Source of the DNA: Nemertoderma westbladi
Lineage: Eukaryota; Animalia; Xenacoelomorpha
Reading direction: 5' to 3'
NCBI GenBank assembly: GCA_032718475.1
Contig: JAUCBJ010007485.1
Location: 1-64,000, forward strand
DNA length: 64,000 nucleotides
The notes beneath the pieces were generated by a model. The model was not told where the DNA came from, did no database searches, and was given only the letters and a program-made list of their open reading frames with translations. This document shows positions 12,085 through 28,140 of this stretch, piece by piece; the stretch's first letter is position 1, and the number at the start of each line of letters is the position of its first letter. Position numbers and translations under genes: made by a program.

Positions 12085-12386
12085 GTGAGTTACACACAGA
12101 AATTATATTCTTAGAAAGATACCAGGTAGAGAGAGCAGTAGGATATTGTAGCAATTATTGTGTCTCAATAATAGCATTGTTGTCCGACCCCAATATAACA
12201 CCTTATTGACCTTATACCTTATTGAACAGGCTTGATACAAGTCTCTACTACAACCTGCCTTCCTTATTGTGGGGCGAGCCACGAAGTGAGCGAAGCCTAT
12301 GCTAACATAGGCGTACCATTATCGAGTTATCTGTCGTCGTCGTCAAATTTTTGATCGCTTAACTCGGTCATTCCTTTGATATAAAC

Positions 12387-15592
<3,206 letters not shown>

Positions 15593-15826
15593 AAGGGAGA
15601 AAGTAAACTTGTGTTAACGACATAATAAATGCAAGTAAATTTTAAATTATCATTAAATTAGCATTAAGGTTAATATTTATTTTCACCTTTTTGCATGGAT
15701 GGTTATTTTTTACTGTTTTTGTCTGTTTTCCCTATATTCCAAGTGTTTTCGCATGTTGTCACGATCTATGTAGTACTATCCGAAATTAATTCATTTATAG
15801 TGTAAGATTTAAATAATTATACTTAA

Positions 15827-16290
15827 GTTTGTAGGGTACCCTAAGGTTTTCTTAATGTTTTACTATTAAACAAATTGTACCTTTCTGAGAACTCGTAAAT
15901 AAAATTTCCTGAAATTTTGAAGGCAGCTGTATCAACCATACGCACAAGAGCAAGACAAAAAAAATTAAAAATTTGAGAATTTTGTTGTTTACGGCAATTT
16001 TTGTAAACTTTCGTTTTTGACCAAAAATCGAAATTTCAACAACTGTTTCTTAATAACTTCTTAAGAAAGCACCCATACAACAACACTCTAGTCATGCATA
16101 GGCCAATCGTTGTTGTGAACATTTCCTGAAAATTTCAGACAGACCGACCGACAGACATTTGGGCATCTTAGGCTTATCCTATGCCTAAAAAACCCGACTT
16201 CTGTAATCTTCGAAAGATTTTGATCCTATATAATCGAAAAAAAAATTTAAAAACAATTTTTTTAAAATATTGTTAGGGTGCCCTACAACC
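15827..16290. mobile_element. Kolobok-type MITE nested in HINE copy 1
   Basis: TTAA on both sides, with TIRs gtttgtagggtaccctaa / ttagggtgccctacaacc. The homologous site is empty in the HINE copies at ~17830 and ~46865. Confidence 0.75.
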
Positions 16291-17515
16291 TTAAAAATTA
16301 TGCAGCTGTAAAACGGCACAGTTATTGAATACAAATTTAATCCCGCTCGTTATTGGTCAACATATCAAGTCACAAGAGTCACAATATTTCATTGCTTAAA
16401 CATTGCCACTGCAGAAGGCAGAAGGAAATCCAAAATAGTTTATTCCACAAAATATTGGCTGAGTATATTTTTTAAGGAATTTCTGTGAAATGTTCTTAAA
16501 TGTTATTTTATTATTTTTGTGCTTTTATTTATTTATTTAAACTTTGAATTGTCAAAAATTTTGCACTGAGGCATTTAACGGGGTGAAGTAATTTAATTAC
16601 ATTTCAATATCATTACGACATCGGCATAAAGATAATTTTCAATATTTCTGACAAATTGATACGCCACAATCTTAATTATAAAACACAAATTCACTATCAA
16701 TACCTGCCTGGCATCAATCTCACGGACTGGTAGGCCTACTGTCTGTGCCTCATGGGTTGGAGTGCAGATTAAATGGGGAGGAACTGTCTCCCTCTCTTTT
16801 ATTGAATGGCGGTTTTGTTAAATTTCTCAAATATAGAATTTGTGATAAATTCGCTCAATTATATTTTGTGTCTCATAACTGAGCCCTGTGCTTCGCGAAG
16901 GCCCCACGAACGTGTTATGTGCGTAGGAAATGCCTGTAATTGCTGTCTGATCTGACCTGGACTGGGAAATCATTCATAATAAGAGCTGACCAATTGACCA
17001 CACAACCCCTCCCACGTGCAGAATTATAGATTTTGATGTAGTGTATATTTCAAGCCAAACGCAAATACAAAATGAAAATCTGTTTTTATTAAACTTTGAG
17101 CGCTGAAATTGTGATTCCTGTTGGTTGGACGCTCCCTAGCGCGATATGAGTAGGCGTCGTCAGCTAGTAGTGGGGAAGTAGGATGCGGGAAACAAAAAGG
17201 CCAAGGAGTATCGCAACGGTAATGTAAGTCCACCTAATTATATGGGTGAACGAGCATGATCATAGCAACCATGGCTAAATAAGTGATCCATTTAATTTAT
17301 GTCTTACAAAATAAAATATCATATGAAAATATTTTTGAAAGGTGATCTTATAATGGCCATACACAGTAACTTTATAACGCCTTTCCTTTACATAAAACAA
17401 CATTTTGAAGTTCTGTAAAATTCAACTTTTTACACCTCCATTATTTTTCATCTCTGCCGATAATTTAAACTAATAAAACTATGCAATGCAATATATTTTA
17501 GATCCTATCTAATGT

Positions 17516-18410
17516 GTGGGACGAGCGACGAAAGTAAGCGAGCTTAGCATACGGGTACCACTAACTCAATCGGTGTGTGTGTCGTTCTGTTGTTTTGTCG
17601 TTCTGTTGTTCTGTTGTCTTTAATTTTAAACGTTAATAACTCAGCCAAATGTTAATGAAACTGGCAAATGTTTAGAAATTTTCCAAGTTCAATTACCGTG
17701 TGGTCTTCGAGAAGCTAAGATAATAGCATAATAGCAGTTAATTAGTTAATTAAGTTGATTAGGGTAAAAACAGCATTTTCTACCTGCCTGTTAAAGGATA
17801 TTAATTAATTTCTAGTATAAGATTTAAATAATTATACGTAAAAATTATACTACTGTATTCCCCATACCCCATTCCATTATAGTTTTTAATTAGTTCAAGA
17901 GATTTGCTTTAAGAAATGTGTTTTAATTGATCTAAACGTAATTAACTTATTAAAATGCCCCGTCTCCAGCTATAGCTCCTATATTGAATATATTACTTTA
18001 TGAGTTTAACATGTTACCAATAACATGAGTTTATTGATTTCTTTGTTGGTTAAGTAAATTAAATAATATGCGATCTTTAATTATTTTTGGTAGAAATTTG
18101 TGCTGTTTGTATATTTGTGCATCGCTTCCAGTTGTATTTTGTGTTATATTAAAAATAAATATAACATATTACTTTTAAAACACAAATTTTATGTTAATAC
18201 CTCTGCCTTTCATCAATCCTGTGTCCGCCTTTGGGTTGGGGTGGTGCAGATTAAGGGGGGGGGGGGGGGGGGGGGGCTTTTCCCTCTCTTTGATTTACTG
18301 GTGTTTGGTTAAATTTCTTAGATACCGAGTTTGTGATACAGTAGAATCGCTCAATATTAATCTGTATCTCATAACTGAGCCACGTGGTGCGCGAAGGCCC
18401 CCCGAACGTG
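17516..18410 (+). mobile_element. HINE-like element, copy 2
   Basis: Same ends as copy 1 (gtgggacgagcgacgaaagtaagcgag ... gcgaaggccccccgaacgtg), a gttct microsatellite near the 5' end, and a body that aligns with 46629-47618. Confidence 0.65.
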
Positions 18411-19567
18411 TTGGAATTTGTTAGCTAGTTCTTCCAATTTATCAGTGGTGGGGTTTTTTCATATGGTAGACAATGAGTTGAACTCGTGCTATCAGTGTTA
18501 GTGATCGGAGTAGGGAAGTATAAGACCTACTGTACGTACTGCTCGGATTAAAACAACTGCAAAAAATACAGAAAAACAACAACTGGTCAATAAGTAGGCC
18601 TATATCAGTTTGTTATACAATAATTGTTGAATTATGATAATACAGTAGTATGCAATAAAAGTCCTGGGCTAATTGTATGTCCCCTGGGGTAATTATTATC
18701 CTTGATGACAATTAATTGTCTTAGTTTCATCATCATAGTCCGTCACTGGCCTTTGAACTTTCTTTCGATCTACATTTCATTCCAATGTGAATTCGCGCGT
18801 ATCCTGTTCTCACATGATTCGATGTTTAATTTTTCAATTTAGATCGAAATATTTCAAATATAATGGGTTATTTCCTTGGGAATCCTAACAGCCCAATTAT
18901 ATCTGCAGGAATCCACATTGTGGACCGATTGCGTGGCCCAGTTAATGCACATTCAGTATGAAGGATTACTCGATAACGCCTATTTCACTGCTGCAATTTA
19001 TCTTTATCAAAATATCCTAAAATATATCGAGATATAATTACAACAGAATTTTTCCTCAGAAGAGATTTAAAATTATTTATTTTATTGTAGATAATTTATT
19101 TCACTTACTGTAGGCCTAATAACCAGATTTATTACCGAGGTTTTGAAATAATCAGGTCTCAGCTGCACTGACAAAGATAAACGTATTTCGTATTTGTAAC
19201 AAACACTGCGTTGGTATTATTTTGCTACCGGTATATATTTTGTTATATCGAAAAACTATCATAGAGTATCCCAAACCAGATTAATGACAGTATTACCATG
19301 TTTAGCGATGTTCATGACAAAAGCAGTTTTAATGTAAATGTGTTAATGTAAATTGTTAATGTAAAGTGTTTTACTGCAGTAATAGTTAGGAACATGTTGG
19401 ATTTTTCAACGGCCGATTTGTTGGGGGTCAGATCATTTTGTTGCTCCAAAATGTGAGTTCAACTATAGCCTACAGATTTTAAAATTTACAAGCGCAATCC
19501 AGGAAATAAATAATAATAAAGTTTATAGGCTATAAAAAATGTAAAAAAAACTTTTCGTTTCCTGCAG

Positions 19568-19702
19568 GGTTCCCATAGAATCCAGTGGTTGATTGGCTCT
19601 TCGTGGTTGCTAAGTTTAGTCCTGGCCTCCCCGAATGCAATCATGTTCTCTCGACTAAAGTATGTTCAGCCAATAGGAAACGAGACGTACATCGCTAGTC
19701 AG
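19568..19702 (+). CDS. GPCR exon, ICL2-TM4-ECL2
   Basis: cctgcag| GSHRIQWLIGSSWLLSLVLASPNAIMFSRLKYVQPIGNETYIASQ |gttagt; phase 0/0, matching its neighbours. Confidence 0.85.
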
Positions 19703-20452
19703 GTTAGTTACCTGGATATCTAATTACATATCACATTAGAATGCGTCTCCACTGCCTCTTTAATTAATCTGCATTATTAAGACAACAGATGGTAAACGTA
19801 GGGATTTGTGAGATAGCGCTGTGTTTTGGGTTAATTATTTTATTTGGTAACAAAGTAAATTGGGATAGTTCTTAAAGGGGACATTTAACGAAAGCTACCT
19901 AAAGTTTTGTGGAAGTTATCGACAAAGATCAAATAAGGGCAAAAGCGATACAATCAATGAAAGAGAGCACATTTGGCATTTTTATTCCTATTTCATAATA
20001 AACAAAAATATAGGAGCCAAAATTCATGCATGCAATAAATTCCAGCTAAGTCAATATTATACTGCACAGCTGTTCTGTTGAGCTTAGTCCTGTTTTAGTA
20101 ACTACCGGTATTACCGTCCAAGCCCAGTGCGTAAGTCTAGTTCATTAACTAGAGGCCTACCTACCTGACCAACAGGCCGATAGTTGTAGATCGGTAGTTG
20201 GGAATATTTTACAAAAATATGAGGTTGGCGATGGACTATAGTAGGCCCTATTGGCTCTATATCTAGTGCGGTAGTACTGCATTATAGTAGGCCCTATTGG
20301 CTCTATATCTAGTGCGGTAGTACTGCATTATAGTTGGCCCTATTGGCTCTATATCTAGTGCGGTAGTACTGTATTATAGTTGGCCCTATTGGCTCTATAT
20401 CTAGTGCGCTAGTACTGCATTATAGTAGGCCCTATATCTACTGCGGTAGTAC

Positions 20453-22166
20453 CAGCCGATCGCCTCAATGGTTGGAAAGCCCACTTTGAAAAGCTCCTCA
20501 ATAATGACAGGGTATTGCCAGATAACTTTATAGAAGTAAAAGTGTCTGAGTCTGTACTCCCAGATATTCCCATTGGCGATATCTCCTTTGCAGAAGTGAA
20601 GGCTGCTGCAAAGAGCATTAAGACCAATCGTGCCAGTGGAGAAGATGGTGTTCCCCCTGAGGTCTTTAAAATACCTGAGTGTTTAAAGCTCATCTATCCC
20701 ATCATAGTAGACATGTATCGAACAACAAGAGTCCCACAAGAAATGAAAACAAATAAGTTGGTGCCAGTTCCCAAGAAGGGCAACCTAACACTCTATGGTT
20801 CTTTTCGGGGAATCTCATTGATCTCGATTGCTGCAAAGCTATACAATAGGATTCTATTAAATCGCATCAGGGATCCCATTGAGAGACTGCTCCGTGGAAA
20901 TCAGAATGGGTTCCGTAAAGGTCGTGGGACCATGGAGCCCATTTTGGCACTTAGAAGGATAATTGAAGAATTATCAAAAAAGAAAGACAGGCATCTGGCT
21001 GTTATCTTTGTTGACTTCTTCAAGGCCTTTGATTCAGTCTCTCGCTCACGTATGTTCAGCATACTTTCATTATATGGGATTCCTGATGAAATTATTGCAG
21101 CAATCAGATCAGTATACGATGGTTCGACAACATTTGTGTCTACTGTTGACGGTGACACAGAACCATTTGAAGTGTTATGGGGCGTCCTCCAAGGAGACAC
21201 ACTTGCACCATTCTTGTTCATTATTGTGGTTGACTATGTTCTACGCATGTCCTTAGATCATCATAATGATGATGGGGTGATGATAACTCCACCTACTGGC
21301 TCCAGAAGTCGAGGAATTCCTGCCAAGTACCTAACTGATCTAGACTTTGCTGATGACTTAGGAGTACTCTCAGAATCATTAGAGGGAGCCCAACGGCTCC
21401 TCAGCTCATTAGAACATGCTGCTTTTAGTGTTGGTCTTTTTATTAACTCCAGAAAGACCAAAATTCTGACAGTTAACTTTGAAAGTCCTCAGCAAGTCTC
21501 TGATCGGATGAGCATAAGCTCAAAGGATGGTATGCTTGAGCATGTGGACGACTTCTGTTACCTGGGATCATGGATCCGGAAGTCAGGTAAGGACCTTCGA
21601 ATACGTAAGGGAAAGGCATGGGCAGCCTTGAATAGGCTTTCCAGGATTTGGAAGTCACCGAGAATTAATCGGAAACTTAAGGTCCGATTATTTAGAGCAG
21701 CAGTAGTTCCAGTACTCCTCTACGGGAGTCCATGCTGGGCTCTAACTGCTGAGGACACCAAATCTCTGGATGGCACATTCACAAGAATGCTACACCGGGT
21801 TCATTGTGTCAAGTACAATGCACACATCTCCAACCAGACATTATATAACATTGGAGGTGTCTCATTGGTTCCCCCAAGCTTGACACTAGAACAAAATCGC
21901 CTCCGCTTTGCAGGACATTGCTTTCGCCGTGAGGACCAGCCAGTGCATAATCTTGTACTTTGGCAGCCTCATGGAGTGAATAAGCATGGTGGACAGCCCA
22001 TGACTTTCTTGAGACGCATCTTAAAGGACACTGGCCTTAAAGATGCGGATGATCTAGCAAATGTCATGGGTGATAGGGAGTTGTGGCGGTGCAATTTTGT
22101 TGACAAGCCGGCACAGCATTCCTAAAAATGCAGCTGCAATGCAGCATGCCGATCCTAGTAGTAGTA
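20453..22166 (+). mobile_element. 5'-truncated RTE-clade (RTE/RTE-X-like) non-LTR retrotransposon
   Basis: RT frame, short 3' UTR, (TAG)n tail, and gtagtac duplicated at 20446-20452 and 22167-22173. No endonuclease region is present. Confidence 0.92.
20515..22125 (+). CDS. Non-LTR reverse transcriptase (ORF2 remnant, frame intact, no native start)
   Basis: Motifs FRGISLISIAAKLY, QNGFRKGR, FVDFFKAFDSV, GVLQGDTLAPFLF, DLDFADDL, FCYLGS and RLRFAGHCFRRED. The frame is open upstream to the junction (WKAHFEKLLN). Confidence 0.93.
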   Translation: MPDNFIEVKVSESVLPDIPIGDISFAEVKAAAKSIKTNRASGEDGVPPEVFKIPECLKLIYPIIVDMYRTTRVPQEMKTNKLVPVPKKGNLTLYGSFRGISLISIAAKLYNRILLNRIRDPIERLLRGNQNGFRKGRGTMEPILALRRIIEELSKKKDRHLAVIFVDFFKAFDSVSRSRMFSILSLYGIPDEIIAAIRSVYDGSTTFVSTVDGDTEPFEVLWGVLQGDTLAPFLFIIVVDYVLRMSLDHHNDDGVMITPPTGSRSRGIPAKYLTDLDFADDLGVLSESLEGAQRLLSSLEHAAFSVGLFINSRKTKILTVNFESPQQVSDRMSISSKDGMLEHVDDFCYLGSWIRKSGKDLRIRKGKAWAALNRLSRIWKSPRINRKLKVRLFRAAVVPVLLYGSPCWALTAEDTKSLDGTFTRMLHRVHCVKYNAHISNQTLYNIGGVSLVPPSLTLEQNRLRFAGHCFRREDQPVHNLVLWQPHGVNKHGGQPMTFLRRILKDTGLKDADDLANVMGDRELWRCNFVDKPAQHS

Positions 22167-25045
22167 GTAGTACTGCATTATAGTTGGCCCTATTGGCTCT
22201 ATATCTAGTGCGGTAGTACTGCATTATAGTTGGCCCTATTGGCTCTATATCTAGTGCGGTAGTACTGCATTATAGTTGGCCCTATTGGCTCTATATCTAG
22301 TGCGGTAGTACTGCATTATAGTAGGCCCTATATCTACTGCGGTAGTACTGCATTATAGTTGGCCCTATTGGCTCTATATCTAGTGCGGTAGTACTGCATT
22401 ATAGTTGGCCCTATTGGCTCTATATCTAGTGCGGTAGTACTGCATTATAGTTGGCCCTATTGGCTCTATATCTAGTGCGGTAGTACTGCATTATAGTTGG
22501 CCCTATTGGCTCTATATCTAGTGCGGTAGTACTGCATTATAGTTGGCCCTATTGGCTCTATATCTAGTGCGGTAGTACTGCATTATAGTAGGCCCTATAT
22601 CTAGTGCGGTAGTACTGCATTATAGTTGGCCCTATTGGCTCTATATCTAGTGCGGTAGTACTGCATTATAGTAGGCCCTATATCTAGTGCGGTAGTACTG
22701 CATTATAGTTGGCCCTATTGGCCCTATATCTAGTGTGGTAGTACTGCATTATAGTTGGCCCTATTGGCTCTATATCTAGTGCGGTAGTACTGCATTATAG
22801 TTGGCCCTATTGGCTCTATATCTAGTGCGGTAGTACTGCATTATAGTTGGCCCTATTGGCTCTATACCTAGTGCGGTAGTACTGCATTATAGTTGGCCCT
22901 ATTGGCTCTATACCTAGTGCGGTAGTACTGCATTATAGTAGGCCCTATTGTCTCTATATCTAGTGCGGTAGTACTGCTTTATAGTTGGTCCTATTGGCTC
23001 TATATCTAGTGCGGTAGTACTGCATTATAGTAGGCCCTATATCTACTGCGGTAGTACTGCATTATAGTTGGCCCTATTGGCTCTATACCTAGTGCGGTAG
23101 TACTGCATTATAGTAGACCCTATTGGCTCTATACCTAGTGCGGTAGTACTGCATTATAGTAGGCCCTATTGGCTCTATACCTAGTACGGTAGTACTGCAT
23201 TATAGTTGGCCCTATTGGCTCTACATCTAGTGCGGTAGTACTGCATTATAGTAGGCCCTATATCTACTGCGGTAGTACTGCATTATAGTTGGCCCTATTG
23301 GCTCTATACCTAGTGCGGTAGTACTGCATTATAGTAGACCCTATTGGCTCTATACCTAGTGCGGTAGTACTGCATTATAGTAGGCCCTATTGGCTCTATA
23401 CCTAGTGCGGTAGTACTGCATTATAGTTGGCCCTATTGTCTCTATATCCAGGTTCTATATCTAGTGCGGTAGTACTGCTTTATAGTTGGCCCTATTGGCT
23501 CTATATCTAGTGCGGTAGTACTGCATTATAGTTGGCCCTATTGGCTCTATATCTAGTGCGGTAGTACTGCTTTATAGTTGGTCCTATTGGCTCTATATCT
23601 AGTGCGGTAGTACTGCATTATAGTTGGCCCTATTGGCTCTATACCTAGTGCGGTAGTACTGCATTATAGTAGGCCCTATTGTCTCTATATCCAGGTTCTA
23701 TATCTAGTGCGGTAGTACTGCTTTATAGTTGGCCCTATTGGCTCTATATCTAGTGCGGTAGTACTGCATTATAGTTGGCCCTATTGGCTCTATATCTAGT
23801 GCGGTAGTACTGCTTTATAGTTGGTCCTATTGGCTCTATATCTAGTGCGGTAGTACTGCATTATAGTTGGCCCTATTGGCTCTATACCTAGTGCGGTAGT
23901 ACTGCATTATAGTAGGCCCTATTGTCTCTATATCTAGTGCGGTAGTACTGCTTTATAGTTGGTCCTATTGGCTCTATATCTAGTGCGGTAGTACTGCATT
24001 ATAGTAGGCCCTATATCTACTGCGGTAGTACTGCATTATAGTTGGCCCTATTGGCTCTATACCTAGTGCGGTAGTACTGCATTATAGTAGACCCTATTGG
24101 CTCTATACCTAGTGCGGTAGTACTGCATTATAGTAGGCCCTATTGTCTCTATATCTAGTGCGGTAGTACTGCTTTATAGTTGGTCCTATTGGCTCTATAT
24201 CTAGTGCGGTAGTACTGCATTATAGTAGGCCCTATATCTACTGCGGTAGTACTGCATTATAGTTGGCCCTATTGGCTCTATACCTAGTGCGGTAGTACTG
24301 CATTATAGTAGACCCTATTGGCTCTATACCTAGTGCGGTAGTACTGCATTATAGTAGGCCCTATTGGCTCTATACCTAGTGCGGTAGTACTGCATTATAG
24401 TAGACCCTATTGGCTCTATACCTAGTGCGGTAGTACTGCATTATAGTAGACCCTATTGGCTCTATACCTAGTGCGGTAGTACTGCATTATAGTAGACCCT
24501 ATTGGCTCTATACCTAGTGCGGTAGTACTGCATTATAGTTGGCCCTATTGTCTCTATATCCAGGTTCTATATCTAGTGCGGTAGTACTGCATTATAGTTG
24601 GCCCTATTGGCTCTACATCTAGTGCGCTAGTACTGCATATATCCAAAATAAAATTGTAACCTGCGCAGTTGGCTGTCGTTTATTGGTTTGGTTACAATAA
24701 CGTGCCACAATGCACAGTAACCTGCTGCTTTCCCTAAAAACGTAAATTGACCTAAAGGGTCACTATCGTCAGCAATTGGCCGACATCCCAATACAAATAT
24801 TAATAGTCACTCAATGCAGCAGGACTAGAGAAAGTTTATATAATATTATTATTATTATATAATATTAGGTAAATATAATATTAATATTTCGCGTAGGTAC
24901 TGGGTGGTGGGTTGTCTGTGATCAGCAATTAGAGTAGTAAGCCAAGGCGATCTATAATTAGATATCTGATCAATAATAATTACATATCGCCTTGGTAGTA
25001 AAGTATACTATTAAAGTATCTTGTATTATTATTTTATTATTTTAG

Positions 25046-25208
25046 TGTTTAGATTGGAAGTTTTATGGCAGTTCGGATTCTATGTTGGAAAAGAATATCT
25101 ACACAATCGCAACAGCTGTTGTGCATTTTATAATCCCAGTAATAATTATACTCGTGGCTTATATCAGCATATTTATCAAGATCAGTCGGAGCACCCACCT
25201 AATTAATG
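25046..25208 (+). CDS. GPCR exon, ECL2 Cys-TM5
   Basis: tttag| CLDWKFYGSSDSMLEKNIYTIATAVVHFIIPVIIILVAYISIFIKISRSTHLIN-g |gtaaat; phase 0/1. Confidence 0.85.
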
Positions 25209-25513
25209 GTAAATATATTTCCTACGGAGTAATTGCGCTGTTCTTATAAGACGTTTTATTAATTTTAGTAACAAGGTTTTGGCGAGTTTATAGGTGTTTG
25301 CTTTTATACAATGATCTTTAGGAACTGTTCTAGGGGTTTTATCTTCGAATGAGAAGTTTATTTTACTGAAAATAACATTTCTTTATTATTGGCGCAATTG
25401 TAGGAGTAATCCAAACTGGCTTACTTTTAACTCGGTAGTGTACAAATTAGGAATCGCGTAATTTTTATAATATATCTCATATCTCTTCAAACAACGTGAT
25501 ATTCGTATCTCAT

Positions 25514-27851
25514 GAACCTGTGTCCTAGCGGTAGTCTCGACTACCAACTCGAGGAACCTGTGTCCTAGCGGTAGAGGTTGTTGTCTCGACTACCAACTCC
25601 TATCCTGTGTCCTAGCGGTAGAGGTTGTTGTCTCGACTACCAACTCGAGGAACCTGTGTCCTAGCGGTAGAGGTTGGTGTCTCGACTACCAACTCGAGGA
25701 ACCTGTGTCCTAGCGGTAGAGGTTGGTGTCTCGACTACCAACTCGAGGAACCTGTGTCCTAGCGGTAGAGGTTGTTGTCTCGACTACCAACTCGAGGAAC
25801 CTGTGTCCTAGCGGTAGAGGTTGGTGTCTCGACTACCAACTCGAGGAACCTGTGTCCTAGCGGTAGAGGTTGGTGTCTCGACTACCAACTCGAGGAACCT
25901 GTGTCCTAGCGGTAGAGGTTGGTGTCTCGACTACCAACTCGAGGAACCTGTGTCCTAGCGGTAGAGGTTGGTGTCTCGACTACCAACTCGAGGAACCTGT
26001 GTCCTAGCGGTAGAGGTTGTTGTCTCGACTACCAACTCGAGGAACCTGTGTCCTAGCGGTAGAGGTTGTTGTCTCGACTACCAACTCGAGGAACCTGTGT
26101 CCTAGCGGTAGAGGTTGGTGTCTCGACTACCAACTCGAGGAACCTGTGTCCTAGCGGTAGAGGTTGGTGTCTCGACTACCAACTCGAGGAACCTGTGTCC
26201 TAGCGGTAGAGGTTGGTGTCTCGACTACCAACTCGAGGAACCTGTGTCCTAGCGGTAGAGGTTGGTGTCTCGACTACCAACTCGAGGAACCTGTGTCCTA
26301 GCGGTAGAGGTTGGTGTCTCGACTACCAACTCGAGGAACCTGTGTCCTAGCGGTAGAGGTTGGTGTCTCGACTACCAACTCGAGGAACCTGTGTCCTAGC
26401 GGTAGAGGTTGGTGTCTCGACTACCAACTCGAGGAACCTGTGTCCTAGCGGTAGAGGTTGGTGTCTCGACTACCAACTCGAGGAACCTGTGTCCTAGCGG
26501 TAGAGGTTGGTGTCTCGACTACCAACTCGAGGAACCTGTGTCCTAGCGGTAGAGGTTGGTGTCTCGACTACCAACTCGAGGAACCTGTGTCCTAGCGGTA
26601 GAGGTTGGTGTCTCGACTACCAACTCGAGGAACCTGTGTCCTAGCGGTAGAGGTTGGTGTCTCGACTACCAACTCGAGGAACCTGTGTCCTAGCGGTAGA
26701 GGTTGGTGTCTCGACTACCAACTCGAGGAACCTGTGTCCTAGCGGTAGAGGTTGGTGTCTCGACTACCAACTCGAGGAACCTGTGTCCTAGCGGTAGAGG
26801 TTGGTGTCTCGACTACCAACTCGAGGAACCTGTGTCCTAGCGGTAGAGGTTGGTGTCTCGACTACCAACTCGAGGAACCTGTGTCCTAGCGGTAGAGGTT
26901 GGTGTCTCGACTACCAACTCGAGGAACCTGTGTCCTAGCGGTAGAGGTTGGTGTCTCGACTACCAACTCGAGGAACCTGTGTCCTAGCGGTAGAGGTTGG
27001 TGTCTCGACTACCAACTCGAGGAACCTGTGTCCTAGCGGTAGAGGTTGGTGTCTCGACTACCAACTCGAGGAACCTGTGTCCTAGCGGTAGAGGTTGGTG
27101 TCTCGACTACCAACTCGAGGAACCTGTGTCCTAGCGGTAGAGGTTGGTGTCTCGACTACCAACTCGAGGAACCTGTGTCCTAGCGGTAGAGGTTGGTGTC
27201 TCGACTACCAACTCGAGGAACCTGTGTCCTAGCGGTAGAGGTTGGTGTCTCGACTACCAACTCGAGGAACCTGTGTCCTAGCGGTAGAGGTTGGTGTCTC
27301 GACTACCAACTCGAGGAACCTGTGTCCTAGCGGTAGAGGTTGGTGTCTCGACTACCAACTCGAGGAACCTGTGTCCTAGCGGTAGAGGTTGGTGTCTCGA
27401 CTACCAACTCGAGGAACCTGTGTCCTAGCGGTAGAGGTTGGTGTCTCGACTACCAACTCGAGGAACCTGTGTCCTAGCGGTAGAGGTTGGTGTCTCGACT
27501 ACCAACTCGAGGAACCTGTGTCCTAGCGGTAGAGGTTGGTGTCTCGACTACCAACTCGAGGAACCTGTGTCCTAGCGGTAGAGGTTGGTGTCTCGACTAC
27601 CAACTCCTAACCTGTGTCCTAGCGGTAGAGGTTGTTGTCTCGACTACCAACTCGAGGAACCTGTGTCCTAGCGGTAGAGGTTGGTGTCTCGACTACCAAC
27701 TCGCGGAACCTGTGTCCTAGCGGTAGAGGTTGTTGTCTCGACTACCAACTCGAGGAACCTGTGTCCTAGCGGTAGAGGTTGTTGTCTCGACTACCAACTC
27801 CTATCCTGTGTCCTAGCGGTAGAGGTTGGTGTCTCGACTACCAACTCGAGG
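25514..27851. repeat. 49-bp satellite (gaacctgtgtcctagcggtagaggttggtgtctcgactaccaactcgag), ~48 copies
   Basis: Period of 49 measured directly (25651, 25700, ...); the central copies are essentially identical. Confidence 0.97.
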
Positions 27852-27875
27852 TACCAAGTTCGAATCCGACCAGTA
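27805..27875 (+). other. tRNA-derived (SINE-head-like) sequence at the end of the 49-bp satellite
   Basis: A-box-like tgtcctagcgg, anticodon-like stem ctcga-ctaccaac-tcgag, and B-box gttcgaatcc at 27858-27867. No clean acceptor stem, so it is not called as a tRNA gene. Confidence 0.55.
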
Positions 27876-27958
27876 AGGTCAAAACGCGTACGCGGTTTGG
27901 AGAGATATGAATTTCATAATAAAAAATACGCGATTCTTAAAACTTTATATTTTTGCAG

Positions 27959-28128
27959 ACGATACGGGTGCATCGGGCAGTCAAACAGCACGAAACGCTG
28001 TGTTTTCTCGAGCCAAAATGCGGACCTTAAAGATGACCGTGGTTATAGTTGTTTGCTTTCTCATCAACTGGAGTCCATATTACATAATGAGTATTATTAT
28101 TCTCATCAAAGGTCACGGTAATACTGGT
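27959..28128 (+). CDS. GPCR exon, ICL3-TM6
   Basis: ttttgcag| (D)DTGASGSQTARNAVFSRAKMRTLKMTVVIVVCFLINWSPYYIMSIIILIKGHGNTG |gtaagt. The RAKxRTLKMT..IV..F...W.PYY pattern is characteristic of GnRH/AKH/corazonin/vasopressin-type receptors. Confidence 0.92.
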
Positions 28129-28140
28129 GTAAGTACGATC

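Larger units (their letters stand above)
20237..24638. repeat. 46-bp satellite (gcggtagtactgcattatagttggccctattggctctatatctagt) with shorter and longer variants, interrupted by an RTE LINE
   Basis: About 4.5 copies before 20452 and more than 50 copies after 22167. Confidence 0.97.

Noticed and set aside
25514-27851. CRISPR-like array (hairpin-forming repeats of regular period)
   Set aside because: The units are head-to-tail with no unique spacers, there are no cas genes, and the context is a eukaryotic intron. The same applies to the other arrays.
27805-27880. Functional tRNA-Gly gene
   Set aside because: The anticodon loop is 8 nt and there is no acceptor stem, so it is better explained as a tRNA-derived repeat.
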